Shown in pieces: positions 57,679-64,000 of a DNA stretch of 64,000 bases (position 1 is its first letter; the number at the start of each line of letters is the position of its first letter). The notes beneath the pieces were generated by a model. That model searched no databases. It was not told the DNA's origin and worked only from the letters and a program-made list of their open reading frames with translations. This DNA comes from Planctomycetota bacterium (GTDB lineage Bacteria > Planctomycetota > JAJSAM01 > JAJVHW01), in assembly GCA_965248445.1 (NCBI GenBank), contig CBDFJG010000002.1, positions 1 to 64,000 of the forward strand. The letters are read 5' to 3'. Position numbers and translations under genes: made by a program.

Positions 57679-58907
57679 GGGGTCTCCTCCACCGTCACAC
57701 CGTCGATCCACGTGCGCAGCAGGCGCGTCGTAGGAAGCAAGGGATCACCCGAATAGAGCTGCAGGTCGGCGCGGCGGCCGGTCTCGACGGTGCCGCAGTC
57801 CTCGCCCATCCCCAGCATGGTCGCCGGTCCGACGGTGGCGGCGCGCAACGCATCCCGGCTGCCGAAGCCTGCCTCCGCGGTGACCGCCAGGTAGTGAGGA
57901 AACGAACGCAGTCCGTCGCGTGAGTCGTTCCACGGGAGCAGCACGACGCGCAGTCCCGCGTTCCGCAGCATCACGGCGGGGCAGATCGTGAGATCCGTCC
58001 CGGGCCAGGAAGCCGTGCCGACGCGGATCACGCAAGTGGCGCCGAGGTCCGCGAGCTCCGCTGCGGCGTTGTACGCATCGCCGGAGAGCAGCGCGTAGAG
58101 CCGCAGCTTCTCGCCGCGCACCCGCTCGTCGGCCAGCGCCGCGGTGAGCGCGGACGCATCGGCCGCGTCGCTGATCTCACACAGCAGCGCCGTCTCTCCT
58201 TCGAGCACGCGGCGGAACGCCGCAGCGTCCTCCTTGCTCTTCGGCTCGGCGGGCTCCTTGGGCGCGTCCTTCTTGGCCTTTTCGGCCGCGGCCTTGTCCT
58301 TCTCCCACTTCGCGTGCGCCTTCTTCCACTTCTCGGTGGCATCGAGTTCCTTGCGCGCGGCGGCGAGCTTGCCGCCCAGCGTTTTCGCGAAACGCGGACC
58401 GGGTTCGGCGGTCACGCGCAGGAACGCGTGCTCGGAGCGGAGCATCGTGTCGACGTCCTCCGCCGCGGTCCGGACGGCCACGCCCTCGCCGCCGACGATC
58501 CCGCGACCGGGCAGCAACCCGAGTGTTGCGAAGCCGCTGCCCGCCGCGTAGCGGTTCGCGGGGTTCCACGGATCGAGATCGTGCAGGGCCGTCCCGGTGT
58601 CGCCGCCGCTCCCGTTACCGCGAAGGCCGATGCGCGACGCGGCGTGGACGAACGACGGCATCAAGACCTTGCCCGACGCGTCGATGGTCTCGACACCCTT
58701 CGGGATCACGACGTCGGCACGCGGCCCGACGGCCTCGATGCGGCCCTTCTTCACGACGACGACACCGTCCGGGACGTCGTCCCCAGCCGCGGTGATCACG
58801 CGCGCCCCGACGATGGCGAAGTCGGCGGGCGGCGCGGTCTCGTCGGCGCACACGGGTGACGCGAGCGCGAGAAGCAGCAGGGCGGCAGACAGGCGTGTCA
58901 GAACCAC
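57675..58907 (-). CDS. Secreted amidohydrolase-fold protein with a degenerate site
   Basis: PSFVHAASR; GTVETGRRAD. Confidence 0.85.
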   Translation of the reverse strand: MVLTRLSAALLLLALASPVCADETAPPADFAIVGARVITAAGDDVPDGVVVVKKGRIEAVGPRADVVIPKGVETIDASGKVLMPSFVHAASRIGLRGNGSGGDTGTALHDLDPWNPANRYAAGSGFATLGLLPGRGIVGGEGVAVRTAAEDVDTMLRSEHAFLRVTAEPGPRFAKTLGGKLAAARKELDATEKWKKAHAKWEKDKAAAEKAKKDAPKEPAEPKSKEDAAAFRRVLEGETALLCEISDAADASALTAALADERVRGEKLRLYALLSGDAYNAAAELADLGATCVIRVGTASWPGTDLTICPAVMLRNAGLRVVLLPWNDSRDGLRSFPHYLAVTAEAGFGSRDALRAATVGPATMLGMGEDCGTVETGRRADLQLYSGDPLLPTTRLLRTWIDGVTVEETP

Positions 58908-60148
58908 CGGCGGTCCACTCCCTCTGCGTAGGCTTCCTTGCCGTTGATCAGCACGAACAGCACCCGCGAACGCGGGTCGAGCGGCGGGCCGTCGCGTATG
59001 ACGATGTCCGCGTCCTTACCCGCTTCGAGCGATCCGAGCCGGTCTCCCATGCCGACCTGCTCGGCCGGCCGGATCGAGAGTGCCTCGAGGGCCTTCTTCT
59101 CGCTGAGACCGAAGCGCACCGCCATCGACGCTTGCGTCGTCAGCTCCTCGGCGGGAACGACGGGGCAGTCGGTGTTCAGGGACAGGTCGGCGCCCGCTTC
59201 ATCCCAGAGTGTCGGGATACCGAGCACGCGACGGGTCTCGCGCTCGTAGTGGATGAGCCGCGGACCGACGTTCACGGGCAGATCGCCACCGACGATGACG
59301 TCGGCCGCCTTGTACGAGTCGAACGTCGCGTGCGTGACGATGACGTCGAGCCCCATCTCGTCCTTGAGGATGCGCTTCGTCGCCTCGACGCCGTTCACCC
59401 AGACCGTGTGCACGATCACCGGGAAGTCCTTCGCGAACAGCCCGCGGAAGTTGTCGAGACGCGCGTCGAACTGCGGCGGCTCGGACGTCTTCTCCCGTTC
59501 CCACCGGCTCCAGGACTCGGCGTAGTCCCGCGCCTCCTCGAGACGCTCCCGAATCAGGTAGTTCATGCCCATGCGCGAGCGGCCGACGTCGCCGGCGCGT
59601 CGCTCGGGGTTGCCGAGTTGCGCGATCTTGAGCGCGCCGGGGAAGCGGATCGTCATCTCTTCGACGGTCTTACCCGCCGTCTTGACAAGCGTGCCGAAGC
59701 CCGACATGTTCGTGCCGGAACCGGGGATGAAGAGCATCGTCGTGGTGCCGCCCTGACGCGCGGCCTGCAACTGCCAGTTCTCCGGCACGATCGTGTCGAG
59801 GTTCCGCAGCTCGGGATTGGTCGGATAGACCATGTCGTTCAGGTCCGTGCCGGCGACGTGCGCATGCAGTTCGACCCAGCCCGGCGTGGCCCAGCCGTTC
59901 TCGAACTCCTTGACCGCGTAGCCGGCGGGGATCTCGATGTCAGCCGCCTTGCCGACTCTCTCGATCTTCCCGTCCTTGACGAGGATGACGCCGTCGTCGA
60001 TGGGTGCGCCGACAACGGGTACGACGCGCTGCACGCGGATCGCGTACCGCGTCGGTTCCGCATGAACCGCGTCGTCGGCGGCGTGCACCGGCGCAGGGAT
60101 CACGAATGCAGCGACCACCAGCATCGAGAGGATCCGATCAGCGCGCAT
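58898..60148 (-). CDS. Secreted amidohydrolase with an intact metal site
   Basis: ELHAH, LK, VHT, THA, NTD; GSLEAGKDAD. Confidence 0.9.
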   Translation of the reverse strand: MRADRILSMLVVAAFVIPAPVHAADDAVHAEPTRYAIRVQRVVPVVGAPIDDGVILVKDGKIERVGKAADIEIPAGYAVKEFENGWATPGWVELHAHVAGTDLNDMVYPTNPELRNLDTIVPENWQLQAARQGGTTTMLFIPGSGTNMSGFGTLVKTAGKTVEEMTIRFPGALKIAQLGNPERRAGDVGRSRMGMNYLIRERLEEARDYAESWSRWEREKTSEPPQFDARLDNFRGLFAKDFPVIVHTVWVNGVEATKRILKDEMGLDVIVTHATFDSYKAADVIVGGDLPVNVGPRLIHYERETRRVLGIPTLWDEAGADLSLNTDCPVVPAEELTTQASMAVRFGLSEKKALEALSIRPAEQVGMGDRLGSLEAGKDADIVIRDGPPLDPRSRVLFVLINGKEAYAEGVDRRWF

Positions 60149-62735
60149 CGTCGCTCACCTCCTCTCCGCCGACGAACACGCCGCGCACCCCGGCGCCCTT
60201 CGTGAAGGGTGCGCCGGAGAGCAGAACCAAGTCGGCGTCCTTGCCGGCCTCGAGCGTCCCGATCCGGTCCGACACTCCGAGCAGCTTCGCTGCGTCTCCG
60301 GTGACGAGGCGCACCGCAGCCGACGGCGAGAGGCCGTGTCGCACAGCGAAGGCGAGCAGCTCCGGGATGTCCGCTCCGCCGAGGTAGGACTCGCTCGCAA
60401 GCGCCGACGAGACGTCGCTCAGCGCGAGTTCGCGTAGGAGGTTCGTCGTTTCTCCGCGCTCCTGGGTGAGGATCTGCGCGCCTGCGATCACGCCGACATT
60501 CGCTTTCGCGAGTCCGTCGAACATCCGCCGCGCGTCGCCGCCCCCGAGGATGACGATGTCGAGCTTCTCCTTCTTCACCAGCACGCGCAGCGCCGTGCGC
60601 AGTTCGGTGACGTGGTTCGCGCGCACGACGAGGGGCGCCTTCTTGTCGAGTACCGCGGCCCAGCCCTCGAGTGCGTCGTCCTTGGACGGCTTCTTCGGCT
60701 CCGTCAGCTCCTTTTCCGGCTTCTTGGCGCTCTTCTTCGGGTCCTTCTTGTCAGCGCCCTTCTTGTCGGCGCCCTTCTTCTCTTCTGGCGGCGCACCGTC
60801 CTTCTTCTCGTCACCGTCCCTCTTCTCGTCGCCATCCTTCTTCTCGTCGCCGCTCTTCTTCTGGTCACCGTCCTTCTTCTGATCTGGCTTTTTCTCTTCC
60901 TCCTTCGCCTTCTCCTCGGCCTTCTTCTTCTCGGCGGCGGCCTTCTTCTTCTTCCACTCCTCGTACGCCTTCAGGTCCTTCTCGTACTTCTCGAACTTCG
61001 CGCGATAGTCCTTCGCCTTCTTGACGGCTGCGGTGATCTGTTTCACCGCCGCCTGAAGATCACTCTCATCGCGCAGGCGGAAGACCATCCCCGCGTCCTT
61101 CTTCACGACGCGCGTTCCCGGCCAGGCGCCCTGCGTCTTGATCACGGAGGCGCGGCCGGCGATCCGGTCGTTGCCGGTCGGCGCGCAGAGGATCGACGTG
61201 ACACCGGCTTCGGCCAGCAGCGCGAGCGCCGGATCGCCGGGATCCACCGCGTCCGACGATGCCATCGACGTTGCGAGTGACGACGCCGGCTTCCCATCCG
61301 ATCCGGCGAGTCCGGCGGACGAGTGCGCGTCGATGAAGCCCGGCACGACAGCGCCATCCCCGAGATCAACGATGCGCGCACCTGGCGGCACGCCGACGGT
61401 GGGCCCGACTTCGACAATGCGCCCGCCCTCGAACGCGACCTCGCCGGGCGCGAGCACGCGGCCGTCTCCGATGTGCACCTGCGCCGCGCGGATCACCACG
61501 GTGGTCCCGGCGGCGACCCGCTGCCAGACGATCCGGCCGTCCACGATCGTGCTGGTCGGCACCGCCCGCAGATCACCGGGGAGTCCGGACAGGAGCACGA
61601 GGTCCGCGTCCTTGCCGACAGCGATCGAACCGACACGTCCCGCGACCCCTGCGATCGCAGCGGCCTCTGACGTCACGGCGGAGAGCGCCACGTGTTCGTT
61701 CAGTCCGGCCTGAACGGAAGATGCCATCGCGAAAAGGAGTTCGTGCAGCGCGTCGTCACGCTCTGTCGTGAGAGCGAAGCGGACGCCGGCGTCGGCCAGG
61801 GCCTTTCCGCTCGCCCGCGAACGCACGCGGAACCGCTCGGCGTCCACGTCGGTCGACGATGCGAGGCCTCCCGGCGTGCCGGCCCATGTGAGGACGACGG
61901 GAACGCCGCTCGCCGCGATGCGCTTCGCGTCACGGCGCGCGGCCAGAGCCCCGACGATCACCGCATCCAAGCCGCTGTCGTCGAGCAGGTCGAGCGCCGC
62001 CGCAACGTCTCCTGCGGTGCGCGCGCCGAGGAAGAGGCGTGCGTCTCCGCTTGCGACGTCACGGAGGGGAGCCGCGCCCTCGCGTGCGGCATCGATCAGG
62101 CGGCGCAGCACGAGCGAGGAGCCGGCGCGCGTCGCGGGGAGTTGCGGCCGATGCGGCGGCAGGGGATCGTCCGTCGCGTCGGGCAGATCAGGTGCAGCGA
62201 GCGTCGCGGGAGGCGTCTGCACGGCGTCGCCCAGGCCGGCAACCACACCGGCATCCGCCAAGAGCGTCCGAGACGCCTCGTCGGCGCCCGCAGTCTTCAC
62301 GACCGCCGCGCGGCCGGAGACGACCTGAGTCACACCCGGCGCCAGCAACACCGTGGTGACGCCGCCCGCGAGCAAGCGCGCTTCGTCCCTCGCGAAGTCG
62401 TAGCCGTCCAGTGCACGAACGTCCGGCGTCACGTTCTCCGGGTGCCGGCCCTTCGCGCTCGTGTGTTGCGAGAACGCTGCGACCAGGCCGGGGATCACGC
62501 TGCCCGAAGGGCCCGCGTCGAGGACGCGCGCATCGGCCGGCACCGGCATGTCGCCGCCGACCTGCGTGATCTTCCCGCCCTGCACGACGACCACGCCCGG
62601 GCGGAAGACCTGCCCGGTGCCGGTGTAGACCGCGCCGGCGCGCACGACGAGCATCTCGTCCTGTGCCCGGGCCGAATCTCCGGGCAGGACCGCCAGCGCC
62701 GTGGCGACGAGTGCGGCCGCGAGTGCGCGTCTCAT
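60138..62735 (-). CDS. Secreted double amidohydrolase-fold protein with a Lys/Asp-rich insert
   Basis: Two domains (PGLVAAFSQH; PGFIDAHSS), each ending in GKDAD. Confidence 0.88.
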   Translation of the reverse strand: MRRALAAALVATALAVLPGDSARAQDEMLVVRAGAVYTGTGQVFRPGVVVVQGGKITQVGGDMPVPADARVLDAGPSGSVIPGLVAAFSQHTSAKGRHPENVTPDVRALDGYDFARDEARLLAGGVTTVLLAPGVTQVVSGRAAVVKTAGADEASRTLLADAGVVAGLGDAVQTPPATLAAPDLPDATDDPLPPHRPQLPATRAGSSLVLRRLIDAAREGAAPLRDVASGDARLFLGARTAGDVAAALDLLDDSGLDAVIVGALAARRDAKRIAASGVPVVLTWAGTPGGLASSTDVDAERFRVRSRASGKALADAGVRFALTTERDDALHELLFAMASSVQAGLNEHVALSAVTSEAAAIAGVAGRVGSIAVGKDADLVLLSGLPGDLRAVPTSTIVDGRIVWQRVAAGTTVVIRAAQVHIGDGRVLAPGEVAFEGGRIVEVGPTVGVPPGARIVDLGDGAVVPGFIDAHSSAGLAGSDGKPASSLATSMASSDAVDPGDPALALLAEAGVTSILCAPTGNDRIAGRASVIKTQGAWPGTRVVKKDAGMVFRLRDESDLQAAVKQITAAVKKAKDYRAKFEKYEKDLKAYEEWKKKKAAAEKKKAEEKAKEEEKKPDQKKDGDQKKSGDEKKDGDEKRDGDEKKDGAPPEEKKGADKKGADKKDPKKSAKKPEKELTEPKKPSKDDALEGWAAVLDKKAPLVVRANHVTELRTALRVLVKKEKLDIVILGGGDARRMFDGLAKANVGVIAGAQILTQERGETTNLLRELALSDVSSALASESYLGGADIPELLAFAVRHGLSPSAAVRLVTGDAAKLLGVSDRIGTLEAGKDADLVLLSGAPFTKGAGVRGVFVGGEEVSDDAR

Positions 62736-63979
62736 CGTTCCTTCTCCCGGCCGACCTGGATGCCCTCTAGCAGCCGCTTCAGCTTGCGGTCCTTTCCGCG
62801 CTCGTAGATCAACTCGCCCTCGAGGAACACCTGATCGACGTGGTTCGCGGTGTCGAGCGGATCGCCGGACCAGATCACGAGGTTCGCGTCCTTACCCGGT
62901 GCGATGGAGCCCACGCGATCCTCCACGCCAAGCACACGCGCCGGATTCAGCGTGACCGCGCGGAGCGCTTCCTCGCGGGTGAGGCCCTGCGCGACGGCAA
63001 CGGCCGCCTGGTACCAGAGCGACCTCATGCCGTAGGGCGACGCCTCGTTCGCCTGGATGACGACGGGAACGCCCGCAGCCTTGCACTCGCGTGCCAGCTC
63101 CCGGCGGCTCTCTTCACCAGTCTCAGCGTCGCGCTCGACCGGCTCGATGTCGTCGGGGAGCACGCACGCCGTGCCCTTCTGCTGAATCAGCGGGAAGGCG
63201 CGTCGGGCGCTCGGACCGAGGGTCAGGAACCCGGTCAGCGAGAACTCCTTCATCAGGTTCAGCGCGTTGCGCACGTCCACCGCTTCGTCGCATGCGAGCA
63301 CCGCTGGGAGCGTTCCGTCCAGAAGGGAGGCGAGCGCCTCCGCGCGCGGGCTGCGCGTTGGGTTGTCCGGGTTGCCGGAGACGCGTCGCGACTCGCCTGC
63401 CCGCGCATCCGTCAATGCTCGCCGCAGTTCGGCGACCTGCGCCATGCGGCTCGTGCCGCGGCGCGGGGAGAGAGCGAGCTTCAGGCCCGCCTCGCGCCGC
63501 ACGATCATCTCCTCCGCCGTACGCCCGAGGGGCTTCAGCACGAGGCCCTGCCCGCCGATGAGCGTCGCGTTCCCCGGCACGACGAACACCGTCGTCACAC
63601 CATCCCGGATCAGATTCTCGAAGTACGGCGAGAGCGGGTCGAGCCCGTCGAGCACGGATACAAAGGGCGTGTTCGGCGCCTGTTCGTTCCCGCGATCGAG
63701 GCCGCCCTGCGAGTGGCTCTCGACCATGCCGGGAAGCAGCCAGGCGTCCTTGCGATCGACGACCTCCGCGTCCCATGGATTGACGTAGCCGCCCCGCACG
63801 TCCTCGATGCGTCCCGAGCGGACGTACACGGACGCGCCGTCGGTGTACGTCTCTCCCTCGACGGTCACGACCGTGCCGGCATGCAGGACGAACGTGTCGT
63901 CCCCCGCGCCCGCGGTCGTCGCCGCCGTGGCGACGAGAGCCGCGATCAGCGCGAGAGAACATCTCTGCGACGATTTCAT
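62732..63979 (-). CDS. Secreted amidohydrolase-fold protein with a degenerate site
   Basis: PGMVESHSQ; RVGSIAPGKDAN; signal peptide. Confidence 0.88.
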   Translation of the reverse strand: MKSSQRCSLALIAALVATAATTAGAGDDTFVLHAGTVVTVEGETYTDGASVYVRSGRIEDVRGGYVNPWDAEVVDRKDAWLLPGMVESHSQGGLDRGNEQAPNTPFVSVLDGLDPLSPYFENLIRDGVTTVFVVPGNATLIGGQGLVLKPLGRTAEEMIVRREAGLKLALSPRRGTSRMAQVAELRRALTDARAGESRRVSGNPDNPTRSPRAEALASLLDGTLPAVLACDEAVDVRNALNLMKEFSLTGFLTLGPSARRAFPLIQQKGTACVLPDDIEPVERDAETGEESRRELARECKAAGVPVVIQANEASPYGMRSLWYQAAVAVAQGLTREEALRAVTLNPARVLGVEDRVGSIAPGKDANLVIWSGDPLDTANHVDQVFLEGELIYERGKDRKLKRLLEGIQVGREKER

Positions 63980-64000
63980 CGTTTGTCCTTCCGGGTCCTG

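Overview
High-GC bacterial window. The gene content (Ser/Thr kinase-ATPase-TPR protein, carboxypeptidase-regulatory-like protein, secreted amidohydrolase cluster) suggests a planctomycete-like organism, but this is inference. 1-13.1 kb is a decayed prophage-like integrative element: sigma-like pseudogene, Cas4-like nuclease, Sak4-like ATPase, DUF669, ERCC4 nuclease, RecD2, AEP primase-ATPase, excisionase, and a 3'-truncated tyrosine integrase abutting tail-gene remnants. 13.1-30.6 kb is a rearranged accessory zone with two IS66 elements, an IS256 fragment, an IS3-family element and an IS1380. Within it, 15.7-20.2 kb is a cassette-like array of unrelated small genes, punctuated by a short GAAAGCGGGACAC-type repeat (usually right after stop codons) and by three decayed copies of one amidohydrolase gene 3' end. 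An apparent ~9-kb inversion (17094-26051) splits a beta-propeller gene; undoing it puts the amidohydrolase copies and four of the five repeats in one orientation. 30.7-64 kb is mostly core-like: queF-gluQ-CNNM, a 2-oxoacid dehydrogenase operon with two E1-alpha genes, a Cys-Gly-repeat lipoprotein, a PA14 protein, an ECF sigma/anti-sigma locus, kbl, mutY, and an operon of five secreted amidohydrolase-fold proteins of which only one keeps a full metal site. No tRNA, rRNA or CRISPR array was recognised. Some single-base frameshifts may be sequencing errors.
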